Notes under the pieces: model-generated
What the model was told of the DNA's origin: nothing
Database searches by the model: none
Seen by the model: only the letters and a program-made list of their open reading frames with translations
Made by a program: the position numbers and the translations under genes
Assembly (NCBI GenBank): GCA_017441845.1
Contig: JAFRVB010000009.1
Location: forward strand, 38,841-102,840
Origin: Bacilli bacterium
GTDB taxonomy: Bacteria; Bacillota_I; Bacilli_A; RF39; UBA660
Length of the DNA stretch: 64,000 nt
Reading direction: 5' to 3'
Part shown: one piece after another, positions 28,358 through 39,319 of the stretch
Numbering within the stretch: position 1 is the stretch's first letter
Layout: each line of letters opens with the position of its first letter

Positions 28358-28387
28358 ATAGTTAACTAAGTGTTAACTATTTTTTTT
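28357..28387 (+). terminator. Terminator after greA/small ORF; left border of the surface-machine locus
   Basis: ATAGTTAAC-taagt-GTTAACTAT-TTTTTTT. Confidence 0.8.
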
Positions 28388-28444
28388 ATTGCTTTTTTTT
28401 GTAGTAAAAATAATGTATAATTAAATAAGATAGGGGAATTAGTT

Positions 28445-30010
28445 ATGATAATAAGAAGACCATATGCATTCCTAATAAAACATTTCAAAATTATACATAT
28501 TATCCTATTAGTAATAGGTGGTTTTATTTTGTTAAAAAACTCATCTATTTCTAGCTATATAAAAGACTTTGTTACTTATGGTGTATATGATAGTATGAAT
28601 AATCCTATAACTAAGTATATACCAATATATTTATTTATAATTTTAATAGCAATGTCTGTCTTAAACATAACAGCAGTTTTTCTATTAAAGTATAAAGATA
28701 AACCATGGAAATTATATTTAATACCTACAATAACATATTTAGGTTTAATGATACTTTATGCATTATTGTTACTATACTTTAATGGATATAATGGAGTTTT
28801 TGAAAGAACTCAAATAGGTTTATATAAAGATTTATTAAATATATTTACAATTACTCAGCTACCTTCATTAATTATTTATTTAGTTAGATGTTTAGGTCTA
28901 GATCTAAAGAAATTTAATTTTCAGAATGATGATGAATTCTTAGAATTAGATGAAAAAGATCGAATGGAATTAGAAATAAATGTTAATGTTGATAAAGAAT
29001 CTATAAAAAGAGTATTTAGAAGATTTAAAAGAAATGCTGGTTATTTTGTAGAAGAACATAAAAAACTAGTTACAGTAGTTTCAATTATTTTAGTTGTTGC
29101 TATAGGATTGGTTATTTATAAGAATCAATTTATTACTAATAAGTCATATGGTATAAATGATGAATATAATGCTGGTAGATATACATTCAAAATAACTAAT
29201 GTTTATTACACTAATAAAAATTATACAGGAGAAGTTATTTCAAATTCTTCAGCTTTTGTTATCGTAAAACTTAATATTAGAAATAATTATGATGATGCGG
29301 TAGTAAAAGTAGATAGATTTCATCTATATAATGGAATAGAACAATATGCTGAATCTAGTAATCAAAATGCTGATAAGTTTATTGATTTAGGAAAAACTTA
29401 TGCTCAACAAACTATTTTAAAGAAAGGTGAAACAACAAGTGTAATTCTAATATATAGAGTTAATAAAAAATTAGATAAGAATAGATTTGTACTATTCTAT
29501 CAAGAACGTAATGGTAATGATTCACATTTAAGAAAGATAAAAATAAAAGTAGAAGATTTATCTACTATTAAAGACAATGGTATCTATAAATTAGGCACTG
29601 AAATAAAGGCTCCTGTCGTTGGTAGAGAAGAGGGAGAAATGCTTGCTCCAGATGGATTTAAAATACGAGATGCTGTTAAATATATGATGGCTGATTGTGA
29701 AAATGGATACTGTGAACAAGTAGAGCAAATTTTACGTGCCAAAGCAGGTTACAAAATCGCAGTAATATCATATATGACAGAAGAGTTTGACAGCAAAGAA
29801 CTCATTGACTTTTCTAGTAATTATGGTAAAATTAATTATATAGATAGTAATAATAAAAAATGCGGTGTCAAGATGAAAAAAGCAATGAATTATAGCTATC
29901 TAGGACAGTATGCTTATGTGTTTGTTCCTGAAGAGATAGAACAATCAAAAACAATCGATTTAGTATATACAATCAGAAACAATAGATATACATACAGAGT
30001 AAAAGGATAG
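28445..30010 (+). CDS. Multi-TM membrane protein with large extracellular beta-rich C-terminal region
   Basis: Four N-terminal TMs, a cytoplasmic linker, one further TM, then an extracellular domain with a Cys pair. Confidence 0.65.
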   Translation: MIIRRPYAFLIKHFKIIHIILLVIGGFILLKNSSISSYIKDFVTYGVYDSMNNPITKYIPIYLFIILIAMSVLNITAVFLLKYKDKPWKLYLIPTITYLGLMILYALLLLYFNGYNGVFERTQIGLYKDLLNIFTITQLPSLIIYLVRCLGLDLKKFNFQNDDEFLELDEKDRMELEINVNVDKESIKRVFRRFKRNAGYFVEEHKKLVTVVSIILVVAIGLVIYKNQFITNKSYGINDEYNAGRYTFKITNVYYTNKNYTGEVISNSSAFVIVKLNIRNNYDDAVVKVDRFHLYNGIEQYAESSNQNADKFIDLGKTYAQQTILKKGETTSVILIYRVNKKLDKNRFVLFYQERNGNDSHLRKIKIKVEDLSTIKDNGIYKLGTEIKAPVVGREEGEMLAPDGFKIRDAVKYMMADCENGYCEQVEQILRAKAGYKIAVISYMTEEFDSKELIDFSSNYGKINYIDSNNKKCGVKMKKAMNYSYLGQYAYVFVPEEIEQSKTIDLVYTIRNNRYTYRVKG

Positions 30011-30022
30011 AAGGGAAAAAAT

Positions 30023-31807
30023 ATGGAAAGACGTTATGACAAAATAATGACTAAAGTAACATACGTTATAGCTGCTATAGTAGTTTTACTAGTAGTATAT
30101 TTTGTTTTTGCTAAACCATATTTTACTTTCCAATCATATGAGAAAAAAATGCTTGCTGCTGCTCAAAGATATTATGAGATCAACTCATCTAAATTACCTA
30201 CAGGAAAAAGAGTTGATACTGTAGGATTATCAAAACTATATAATGAAAAATATATAGATCAAGATTTCACAGTACCTCTATCATCTAAGTTGTGTAACAT
30301 AAAAGATAGTTGGGTAAAAGTTAGAATGGAAGAATCTGATTATCAATATTATGTCTATTTAGATTGCGGTTATATGGAATCAAAAGTAGATCATGAAGGA
30401 CCTGTAATTAAATTAAATGGTGATAAAGAAATGACAATTACCAAAAAAGAGAAATTTACAGATCCTGGTATAAGCAGTGTTATTGATAAAAATGATGGAA
30501 AAATGAATGTTGGAGATGTAAAAGTATCTGGAGAAGTAGATACATCTGTAACAGGAATATATAAAATAAAATATTCTATTATGGATTCATTAACAAATAA
30601 AACAGAAGTAACTAGAGTAGTTAATGTAATAGATACAGTTGCATCAATCACAAAGAGAGAAAGTCAAAAAGGATATTATTCTGGTAATGCCAGTAATAAT
30701 CATATAGCTTTCGCTAATCATTTATATAGAATAATTGGATTAGATGGAGATAATGTAAAAATAGTTTCTGATGAAGTAGTAACTTTAAGTAATTATGATG
30801 CTATTAATAAACAATTAGAAAAGTATTATGATACTTTACCATCTAAAACTAAAAAACTAATAGTTAAAAATAAATATTGTAAAGATCAATTATCTACTAA
30901 AAATACAGATACAACAGAATGTTCAAGTTATACAGAAGAAAGAAATATGTATATTCCTTCACTTGCTGATATCAATAAAGTAAAAGCAGGTACTGATAAT
31001 TATCTAATTTCTCAAAACTTAATTTGGACAGCAAATACTGTTAAAGAAGATTATTCATACATGGTTGGAGAAAGTATGATGTACCTAAAAGGTAATATAA
31101 TTGCTATGAATAATTCGTACAATGCTGGAATAAAACCAGTTGTTACTATTAAAGGAGATTTAATAGTAGAAGATGGTGATGGATCGTTAGATAATCCATA
31201 TATCATTCAAAAAGATTTTAAATCTTCAAAACCAGGTGAAGAAGTAAATAAACGTTTACCTGGAGAATATATATCATTAGAGAGTGGAACTTGGGAAATA
31301 ATTGAAACGTTAGATGATGGAACTACAAAGATAATCCTAGATGGGGTTATTGAAACAGAAGAAGATCTTTTAACTTTCGCAAATCCAAGAACAAGTAATT
31401 ATGAATATGATCCTAAGAAAGTTGGTTCATATGCATATAATATCAATAATAAAGCAAATACATACTTACCATTTGATAAATTGGTAAGTCATGAAATAGA
31501 AATACCAGTATATGATGGAAAAATATTATATGGTAAAGAAAAGAAAACAATTAAACGTAAAGTAAAATTGTCAGCTGTTAATATTTATGATTTATATACT
31601 GTTGGAAATGGTGGATTTGAATATTTACCTATAAATGCATCAAAAGATAAAAATGAATTCTACATAATTAATGAAGAAGGAAATTTACAAAGACAGAAAT
31701 ATCTTCCAGATAGGGGATATGCTGTTAGACCTGTAGCGTTCTTAAAACAAGGCGCTAAGGTAGTAGAAGGTACTGGAAGAATCGATGAACCATACACAAT
31801 AAAATAG
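30023..31807 (+). CDS. Surface protein: TM, pilin-like Cys-pair domain, DUF5011-type Ig domain, two DUF6273-like domains
   Basis: AAQRYY...C...YYVYLDCG; PVIKLNGDKEM..DPG..SGEVDTSVTGIYKIKY; repeated (K/R)PV..(I/L)K....G.G..D.PY.I. Confidence 0.65.
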   Translation: MERRYDKIMTKVTYVIAAIVVLLVVYFVFAKPYFTFQSYEKKMLAAAQRYYEINSSKLPTGKRVDTVGLSKLYNEKYIDQDFTVPLSSKLCNIKDSWVKVRMEESDYQYYVYLDCGYMESKVDHEGPVIKLNGDKEMTITKKEKFTDPGISSVIDKNDGKMNVGDVKVSGEVDTSVTGIYKIKYSIMDSLTNKTEVTRVVNVIDTVASITKRESQKGYYSGNASNNHIAFANHLYRIIGLDGDNVKIVSDEVVTLSNYDAINKQLEKYYDTLPSKTKKLIVKNKYCKDQLSTKNTDTTECSSYTEERNMYIPSLADINKVKAGTDNYLISQNLIWTANTVKEDYSYMVGESMMYLKGNIIAMNNSYNAGIKPVVTIKGDLIVEDGDGSLDNPYIIQKDFKSSKPGEEVNKRLPGEYISLESGTWEIIETLDDGTTKIILDGVIETEEDLLTFANPRTSNYEYDPKKVGSYAYNINNKANTYLPFDKLVSHEIEIPVYDGKILYGKEKKTIKRKVKLSAVNIYDLYTVGNGGFEYLPINASKDKNEFYIINEEGNLQRQKYLPDRGYAVRPVAFLKQGAKVVEGTGRIDEPYTIK

Positions 31808-31820
31808 TAAGGAGATTATT

Positions 31821-32630
31821 ATGAAAAAAAATAAGAAAAAACGACAAAGAAAACGAATACTCATAATCTTATTTTTAATCATTTGTATTTTTCTAGTATT
31901 TATATTATTTAGAAATAATAAAGAATTTTATAAAGTTGAAGATAGAACAACTAATATAAAAGAAGAAAAGAAAAAAGATAATAATAAAGTTACAACTATA
32001 GGATGGATTAGAGTTCAAGGAACTAATATAGATGCTCCAATCGTTGCCTATTCAAAAGATTATGATTTCTATGAAGATTCAGTAGGTAAAAGTAATTTTG
32101 CTTACAACATTGAAACAACAGAAAAAATATACAATAAAGTTAATATAATGGGTCATAATATTTTGAATTTATCAAAGAATCCTAGAATAAAAGATAAGAG
32201 ATTCTCAAGATTTGATAATTTGATGGCTTTTGTATATATAGATTTTGCTAAAAAGAACAAATATATACAATATACAATAGATGGAGATAATTATTTATAT
32301 AAAATATATGCAGTTAGACTGTATAGTTCATACGATAAAGTTGAAACTGAAATCAAAAAAAGATATACTGAAAGTGCAATAGAAAAATATGTTAAAGAGA
32401 TAAAAAAAGATAGTATATATGATTATGATGTCAAGATAGATGGAAAAGATAATCTTATATCACTAATAACTTGTAGTAGATTCTATGGAGAAGATACAGA
32501 TTCCTCATTTGTTGTGGATGCAAGGATGGTAAGAAAAGGGGAACCAATAAAGAATTATACTGTTCAAGAAACAGATAATTATAAAAAGATTTTAAAAATA
32601 ATGAAAGGTGATGGAAAGAATGAAGTCTAA
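31821..32630 (+). CDS. Class B sortase
   Basis: N-terminal TM; TIGWIRVQGTNIDAPI, IMGHN, YKIYAV, LITC, R in VDAR (His-Cys-Arg triad). Confidence 0.85.
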   Translation: MKKNKKKRQRKRILIILFLIICIFLVFILFRNNKEFYKVEDRTTNIKEEKKKDNNKVTTIGWIRVQGTNIDAPIVAYSKDYDFYEDSVGKSNFAYNIETTEKIYNKVNIMGHNILNLSKNPRIKDKRFSRFDNLMAFVYIDFAKKNKYIQYTIDGDNYLYKIYAVRLYSSYDKVETEIKKRYTESAIEKYVKEIKKDSIYDYDVKIDGKDNLISLITCSRFYGEDTDSSFVVDARMVRKGEPIKNYTVQETDNYKKILKIMKGDGKNEV

Positions 32631-35600
32631 AGGAAGAAGAAAAGGAAAAGAACTTGCAATATTATTACTGATAGTAGCTGCTTTCGTTGGTGTGTTAATA
32701 TGGGGCAACCATCGAAGTAGTCAATCACTAAGAACACAATCAAGTGAGAAAAAAGCTGAAAGCCCTGTTAACTTCTATTACAAAATCGTTAACAAACAAA
32801 ATAGCAATGCTAATGATAAGTGTGTAGAAGGATTAGAAGTGTTGGGAGTAGGACTATGGAGATCTTCTGACGGTAAGGTACAAGTATATTGTGCACCTGG
32901 TACTGATCCAACTGTAGATGAATTTGGTTGGAATAACGGAAGTTTCAAATTAAGTCTTGGTACATCTCCACGTTCATATGTATGTAAAAAATCATATGAT
33001 GATGAAGACACTGAACTAGTAAAAACTTCTGCTGGAAATAGCGGTAAATTAAAAGTACACGCAGCATCAAACTATACTTATAAAGGAAAATCTTGTGATA
33101 AAGACAAATTCTATTATGAGTTTGATTTGAGTAAAGTTCCAGGAGATAGTGATAATGCTATAGACCCAGATGAGGTAACTTCAGGAAAAGACGCTGAAGG
33201 AAATCCAACTTCAATGACTGGTACAGTTAGTGTTAAGATTGATGATTTAATTGATAAAGCTGAACTAAAACCTGAGCAAGATGATCCGGAGGAAACTCTT
33301 GAAGATAAAACATCAGTAGTTGGTCAAAAAGGTGATTATGAAATTGTATCTCATTTAGATGGTAATGCAACATATAATACATATAAAAAAGCATTCGAGA
33401 GTATGTATAATGCTAGTCAACAAAAGGCTCGTACATATGTGTTTGAAGGAAACACTAAGAATGAAGCTGCTAAACAAACTAAAGACAAATCTGGAAAGAG
33501 TAAAACAATTTCATTATCTTGTAATTATAAATTAACAAGAACTGATATAACTAATATTGAAGCATATAATAGACGAGGATTGATAGATCAAAATAGTGGT
33601 AAGATATCATATTATTATTATGATAAAGCAAATTTGAATATGTATAAAGGTTATTGGGAGAAGACAACAAAAGAATCAATCCCATATAAATACCATTATA
33701 TGCCAGCTAAATTTAGTAATGATACATATCCAACAGTTGTTACTAAGTCAAAAGAGTTCAATTGTAAGAGAACATGTACCGAATATGTAAAAGTTGAATA
33801 TGGTCCACCTGTTCAAGTAGATGCAGGAATGTGTTTTGAATATAGATTAAAAGTAAGCAGTGTTACAAACTGTACTGCTACTGCTAATAAAGAACAAGCA
33901 AAACCTGAAACTTCAGGTAAGAAATGTGTATTAAAACCTAAATGTGGTGCTGGTTTAAGACAAGCAGGACCAACAGAAGATTTTGATAATTGTGTACAAT
34001 CATGCGACGGTGGAAAATACACTGAGGCATGTAGTAATAAATGTTACGATGAAGTATATGGAGAAGAAGATTCTAATAATGCTGAAAACGTAGCTTATGA
34101 TTCAACTACATTGCCATTAACTCAACAAGTTAAGTTCCCTAATAGTAAAGCACCATCACCTGGAAGTTTCTACTATAATGATAGTAATGGTAATGAAGTT
34201 TCACACAAAGGTGAAAGATGTGTAAGAGGACAACATTATGTTAATAGTAATGGTAAATATAGTTGGTGTCCATTAACTACAAGTGGAAAAGTTGGAATCC
34301 ACAACAATGGTAGCATCAGTACAAATCATTCAACTAAAAATGCTGTAGCTAAAGGATATATAGGAATTTGGTACTGGTATCAAAACTATCATACAATTTG
34401 GTTCAGTGACCATAGTTATGCTAGTGATGCTAGTGGAAATGGATATATTAGACATCAAACATCATCTGGTCAATGTAGAGATAAATGCTCATGGAATAGT
34501 GGATGTAATAAATATAATAGTTATTATTACTTCAACTACAACATAACAAACTCAATTGGAAAGAATAAAGATCAACGTTGTCCAAAAATGTATGTTTGGG
34601 ATAACAAAAACAACAAATATGTTAAAGAAAATATTTGTACAACAGATGATTTAATTAAAGCAGATATTAAGAACAACATGAAAATATATAATGAAAAAGT
34701 TGTAAAAGCCTGTGAAGGAAGAACATCTTGTGAAGAGAGAACTGCAGAATATACTATAGACTTTAAATATAAAGATAACGAAACACAAAAAGTCGATACT
34801 GTTCACTTCCCTTATACAAAATCTAAGGATGAAGTATACAGTAAAGATAAATCAATGCCTACACTTAATAACAATCCAGAAGTTATCATAAAATATGGTG
34901 GATGTTATTCAAATTATAATAACAGAAGATGGTATTATACTGAATGGACATTCCCAGGAACATGGTTACCATACAAAGGAGATTCAAGAGTTTATGGTAA
35001 ACCTGATGATACTTCACAATATAGTTTCGTAAAAGGTAAAGTATGTATACCACATAAATTATCTGATACAAATAAAGATTGGGCTAATTACTACATACAA
35101 CTTTTAAATAATACAAGTTTAGTTCCAGATAATAGTAAATGGAAATTCTATGAAAAAGATCCAAAAACAGAACAAGATTATAATGGATATAATATTTTCG
35201 GTAGTGCTAAGAATTTTGGTCTATTCAGATGGACATTCAATATGAAATGTTTCTATGCATTAACTAACAATCCAACTCCACCTGGAACAACAACAACTAC
35301 TAACAATGTTGACCCTTCTGCTGAACAAACAACAATTAAGACATATGACACTGCTGATCCATTCTTACAAAACACAGCAGTTGATCAAAGAGTTCAATAC
35401 AAGAAACAAACAAGAGCAATTGGATTTAACTGGACTTCAGCAGCAACTCTAGGTAAATATAAAGATGCTGGTGGAGGATATGATCAAAATCCATCACAAT
35501 TATTAAAGAAAATTCAAACAACTGATACATTCAGTCGTAGTAATTTAGATTTCGAGTTTAAACTAGATGTTAAAACATTAAGAAAACTAAGACAAGATAA

Positions 35601-35751
35601 ACGTTATAACTACAGTAAACCAAAATATACTTCTGATGGACATGGAGTATCACATTATACAAGTAGTTTATTACGTAACGGTATAACAAAAACAGTTTCA
35701 CACTTTAATAAGTGTAATAACAAAACATGTAAAGTTTTAGGAGGCGAATAA
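32620..35751 (+). CDS. Giant Cys-rich membrane-anchored surface protein (adhesin-like)
   Basis: Basic N-terminus, one TM, ~1000 aa extracellular with 29 Cys by manual count, no C-terminal sorting signal. Confidence 0.7.
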   Translation: MKSKGRRKGKELAILLLIVAAFVGVLIWGNHRSSQSLRTQSSEKKAESPVNFYYKIVNKQNSNANDKCVEGLEVLGVGLWRSSDGKVQVYCAPGTDPTVDEFGWNNGSFKLSLGTSPRSYVCKKSYDDEDTELVKTSAGNSGKLKVHAASNYTYKGKSCDKDKFYYEFDLSKVPGDSDNAIDPDEVTSGKDAEGNPTSMTGTVSVKIDDLIDKAELKPEQDDPEETLEDKTSVVGQKGDYEIVSHLDGNATYNTYKKAFESMYNASQQKARTYVFEGNTKNEAAKQTKDKSGKSKTISLSCNYKLTRTDITNIEAYNRRGLIDQNSGKISYYYYDKANLNMYKGYWEKTTKESIPYKYHYMPAKFSNDTYPTVVTKSKEFNCKRTCTEYVKVEYGPPVQVDAGMCFEYRLKVSSVTNCTATANKEQAKPETSGKKCVLKPKCGAGLRQAGPTEDFDNCVQSCDGGKYTEACSNKCYDEVYGEEDSNNAENVAYDSTTLPLTQQVKFPNSKAPSPGSFYYNDSNGNEVSHKGERCVRGQHYVNSNGKYSWCPLTTSGKVGIHNNGSISTNHSTKNAVAKGYIGIWYWYQNYHTIWFSDHSYASDASGNGYIRHQTSSGQCRDKCSWNSGCNKYNSYYYFNYNITNSIGKNKDQRCPKMYVWDNKNNKYVKENICTTDDLIKADIKNNMKIYNEKVVKACEGRTSCEERTAEYTIDFKYKDNETQKVDTVHFPYTKSKDEVYSKDKSMPTLNNNPEVIIKYGGCYSNYNNRRWYYTEWTFPGTWLPYKGDSRVYGKPDDTSQYSFVKGKVCIPHKLSDTNKDWANYYIQLLNNTSLVPDNSKWKFYEKDPKTEQDYNGYNIFGSAKNFGLFRWTFNMKCFYALTNNPTPPGTTTTTNNVDPSAEQTTIKTYDTADPFLQNTAVDQRVQYKKQTRAIGFNWTSAATLGKYKDAGGGYDQNPSQLLKKIQTTDTFSRSNLDFEFKLDVKTLRKLRQDKRYNYSKPKYTSDGHGVSHYTSSLLRNGITKTVSHFNKCNNKTCKVLGGE

Positions 35752-35754
35752 TAT

Positions 35755-36270
35755 ATGAATAAAGGTGTATTAGGATTAGGAATAATATTATTAGGCTCTG
35801 TAGCTTTACTAATAATATTTGTAATATCAAATTATTCTACAGGAGGAGAAGTTGATTATTATCTAGTAAAGGAAACATCCGAGGCTGCTATGACAGAAGC
35901 CTTGGATGAGACCTTCATGTCAGTTCATGGAATTCCAAGAATGGACAAAGAATTATTTATGGAATCTTTCATAAGAAGATTTGCTAATAATGTTACTGAT
36001 ACAAGAGAATATACAATAGGATTCTATGGAATGAATGAAGTACCACCTACAGTAAGTGTTAAAGTTGATTCAATGACACTAATTAGTGTTAAAGTAGGAG
36101 ATGAACAATCAGCACAAGAAATAACAACAAGTATTAGTCAATTGGTTGAAACAAATCAAACTTATAATCCATCATTGACATATCAATATACAAATAAGAA
36201 GAGTTTTATTGGATCGCCAATTACTGCTGATGGTAATCAAATAATACTTAGTCCAAAGGTAATAAGTTAG
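35755..36270 (+). CDS. DUF5411-like minor pilin/Tad accessory protein
   Basis: N-terminal hydrophobic helix; YYLVKETSEAAM..A.D, KELFMESFIRRFA, NEVPPTVSVKV. Confidence 0.6.
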   Translation: MNKGVLGLGIILLGSVALLIIFVISNYSTGGEVDYYLVKETSEAAMTEALDETFMSVHGIPRMDKELFMESFIRRFANNVTDTREYTIGFYGMNEVPPTVSVKVDSMTLISVKVGDEQSAQEITTSISQLVETNQTYNPSLTYQYTNKKSFIGSPITADGNQIILSPKVIS

Positions 36271-36284
36271 AAAGGGGAAAAAGA

Positions 36285-37070
36285 ATGAATGGTTTAAAAA
36301 AATTGTTGGCTAACAAAAATACAGTAACTGTAATTGGTATAGTTGTTGTAATTGCAGTACTATATTTTGCTTATAACTGGCGTGTAAATCAAGCAACAAA
36401 CCCTATAACAGTACCATATGCATTAAAGACAATTTCTCCTGGTACACAGATAACTGAAGATATGGTTGGATCTATGAAGGTTTCACCATCTATGGTTACT
36501 GAAGGAGTAATTACTACAGCTGGAGATGTTGTTGATAACTATTCTAATGCTGATACTGTTATACCTGAAGGAAGTTTGTTCTTCAAAAGAACAGTAGTAA
36601 CAAAAGAACAATTACCAGCAGCAGATATCCTTGATATTGAAAAAGGATATGTTGTATATAACATGGCTGTTGATACTAAAACTACATATGGTAACTCAAT
36701 TTATCCAGGAAATTATATTGATATTTATTTAAAAATATTAAAAAATCCAAAAGAAGAAAATGCTTCTATGTATGTTGGTAAATTGATTGAAAATATTAAA
36801 GTATTAGCTGTAAAAGATGAAAAAGGACAATCAGTATTCTCTAATAGAGACGAAGAAAAAACACCAGCTATGATCATCTTTGCAGTACCAGAAAAATATT
36901 TCAATCTGCTAAAGAAAGCTGAGTATTTAGATAGTAGTTATCAATCACAATTAATACCAGTTCCAACAAATGAATCAAAAGAAGAAACACCTGGAGAAAT
37001 TAATATTTCTAGTGAAAAATTAGAAAAATTTATTGAACAAGTAACACGTTCAGAAAATATTATTAGATAA
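36285..37070 (+). CDS. Flp pilus assembly protein CpaB/RcpC-like (SAF domain)
   Basis: TM, then VPYALKTISPGTQITEDMV SAF signature; GNSIYPGNYIDI and IENIKVLAV RcpC motifs. Confidence 0.8.
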   Translation: MNGLKKLLANKNTVTVIGIVVVIAVLYFAYNWRVNQATNPITVPYALKTISPGTQITEDMVGSMKVSPSMVTEGVITTAGDVVDNYSNADTVIPEGSLFFKRTVVTKEQLPAADILDIEKGYVVYNMAVDTKTTYGNSIYPGNYIDIYLKILKNPKEENASMYVGKLIENIKVLAVKDEKGQSVFSNRDEEKTPAMIIFAVPEKYFNLLKKAEYLDSSYQSQLIPVPTNESKEETPGEINISSEKLEKFIEQVTRSENIIR

Positions 37071-37095
37071 AAAAGAAGAAAAGGGAAGTGAAATA

Positions 37096-38397
37096 ATGAC
37101 GGAAAGCATATTTGACAAATTAGACTTTGGTCCGTTCAAGCCATTATTAGAAAATGACGATATTACAGATATTTCATATTGTAATGGTGGTCAAATATGG
37201 ATTCGTTCATTACAACAAGGATCAATGCATGTACAAATAGAAGGAGCTACTCCTGAATTTGTAGAACGTTTAGCATTTCAATGTTCGAATGTCATGGGGA
37301 CAACATTTAATAATGCTAAACCTTTTTTAGATGCTGAATCTGCAGAATTACGTTTAAATTTTGTACATTCGTCTATTGCGACAAATGGTATTGCATTAGT
37401 TATTCGTAAAACTCCTGCTAAGATCAGATTAAAAAAAGAAAAATTGATTCAAGAAGATTATTTTACAAATGATATTCATGATTTCCTAATTAAATGTGTT
37501 TTAGGACACTGTAATATCATGGTTGCCGGAGAAACTGGTTCTGGTAAAACTGAGTTTGTAAAATATCTAGCTTCTCATACTGATTCTAAAGAAAAAATAA
37601 TAACAATAGAAGATACATTAGAATTGCACTTAGATAAGATCTTTCCACAGAGAGATATAGTTGCTATGAAGACAAATAATGTTGCTTCATATACAGACGT
37701 TTTAGTTACATGTATGCGTCAGAATCCAAAATGGATTCTACTATCAGAGGTTCGTTCTGCAGAAGCGGTTTCTGCTGTAAGAAACTCAATATCTTCTGGA
37801 CATAACATCTTATCTACGATCCATGCTGATAAAGCAGCTTCTATTCCGTATCGTCTTTATTCATTGATGGAAACGGATTTAGAAGTAGGGCAATTCTTAA
37901 ATACAATTTATCGTTATATCCAATTAGGTATTCATATTAAAGCCTATTATAGTAAAAAATATGGTAAATTTCATCGTGAAATTGATGAAGTTACTGAATT
38001 CTATGTAGATGATAATAATGAACCACAATCAAGAACTATCTATAGAAAAACTAATGATGGTAATGGAATAATGATAAAACCAAGTGCTCATTTAATTGAG
38101 TATATTGAAAATCAAAATATAGATATTTCTAATATAGTATCTCATTTACCAGAAGAGATGCCATATAAAGAAAATACTCTTGAAGAGTATCATGATAATA
38201 GTGAAGTAGAAGCTAAACCAGAGGAAAAACCTCAAGAAGTAGCTCCAGAGACACCAACTATTGAACAAACACCACCAGCTATTACCAATGTTACTCCAGA
38301 ACCTGTGGCACAACCACAGATTACTCCTGTTACGGAAGCACAACCTGTAATACAACCAACTCCAGTAGCAGGACAACCATTAGATAAATTAAACTAA
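37096..38397 (+). CDS. Tad/Flp pilus assembly ATPase CpaF/TadA
   Basis: LLENDDITDI, Walker A AGETGSGKT, TIEDTLEL, MRQNP..ILLSEVR, STIHA; P/E/T-rich tail. Confidence 0.9.
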   Translation: MTESIFDKLDFGPFKPLLENDDITDISYCNGGQIWIRSLQQGSMHVQIEGATPEFVERLAFQCSNVMGTTFNNAKPFLDAESAELRLNFVHSSIATNGIALVIRKTPAKIRLKKEKLIQEDYFTNDIHDFLIKCVLGHCNIMVAGETGSGKTEFVKYLASHTDSKEKIITIEDTLELHLDKIFPQRDIVAMKTNNVASYTDVLVTCMRQNPKWILLSEVRSAEAVSAVRNSISSGHNILSTIHADKAASIPYRLYSLMETDLEVGQFLNTIYRYIQLGIHIKAYYSKKYGKFHREIDEVTEFYVDDNNEPQSRTIYRKTNDGNGIMIKPSAHLIEYIENQNIDISNIVSHLPEEMPYKENTLEEYHDNSEVEAKPEEKPQEVAPETPTIEQTPPAITNVTPEPVAQPQITPVTEAQPVIQPTPVAGQPLDKLN

Positions 38398-38416
38398 AAA
38401 AGAAAGGGGCAATTAT

Positions 38417-39319
38417 ATGTACTTTGAAGAACTTTTGCTAATAGTAGTAGTTGTAGTAGGTATATATTTATATCGTGTCTATCAAGGCCAAAATGTTAGT
38501 AAGTTTTTCTCAGATGGTGTTGCAGGAATTGTTGATAGAATAACTCCATACTCATATAGATCAGTAAGAGAAAAAACTAAAGAATTAGGTCAAGAATACA
38601 CTGTACGTCAATATACTATTCAATTAGTTGCGATAGGTGGATTTACTGCTGTTGTTACATATTTATATTTCTATAATTTAACTATTACTATATTTTATGT
38701 AATTATTTCTTCTTTTATAGTTCCATATATTTCTTATTTGAGATCTAAAAAGATATATTCAGAATTCATTTTTGAGCAAATTCAAGTATATACATCAAAT
38801 GTAATTATGGAATTTGCGACTACACAATCTTTTGTTAAATCATTAGAAGGTGTTTTAGCTTCTGGATTATTAGAAGATCCTGTTAAGACAGATGTTCAAC
38901 ATATGGTAGATTTATCATATGATAATGGTACTATTGATGAAGCCCTAGAATACATGTCTAAACTATATCCTTATTATATAGTTAAGAATATGCATCAATT
39001 ATTCTTACAAATAACTAAAGAAGGAGCTAGAAACTCTGCTGATTCTTTAGATAATATGCAAGCGGATATAGATATGTTAATTGAAAGTGTTTATCGAGAT
39101 AGAATAGAAAGAGCTTCTTTCCATAGAAACTTTCTACAGTTTGGTATAATGCTTTACCTTTTAGTAATGCTGGTTCAATACCTAGTCGGTAGAGAAACTT
39201 ATATTAATTTATTATCTCTGTGGTATATAAATATAATACTTCATGGAGTGTTGATAATTAATACATATTTCTTATTAAAAGGTGAAAAATATTATAATGA
39301 GAATGTAGGTGCTGAGTAG
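38417..39319 (+). CDS. TadB-like inner membrane platform protein
   Basis: TM pattern and T2SSF-like cytoplasmic domain; follows cpaF. Confidence 0.7.
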   Translation: MYFEELLLIVVVVVGIYLYRVYQGQNVSKFFSDGVAGIVDRITPYSYRSVREKTKELGQEYTVRQYTIQLVAIGGFTAVVTYLYFYNLTITIFYVIISSFIVPYISYLRSKKIYSEFIFEQIQVYTSNVIMEFATTQSFVKSLEGVLASGLLEDPVKTDVQHMVDLSYDNGTIDEALEYMSKLYPYYIVKNMHQLFLQITKEGARNSADSLDNMQADIDMLIESVYRDRIERASFHRNFLQFGIMLYLLVMLVQYLVGRETYINLLSLWYINIILHGVLIINTYFLLKGEKYYNENVGAE

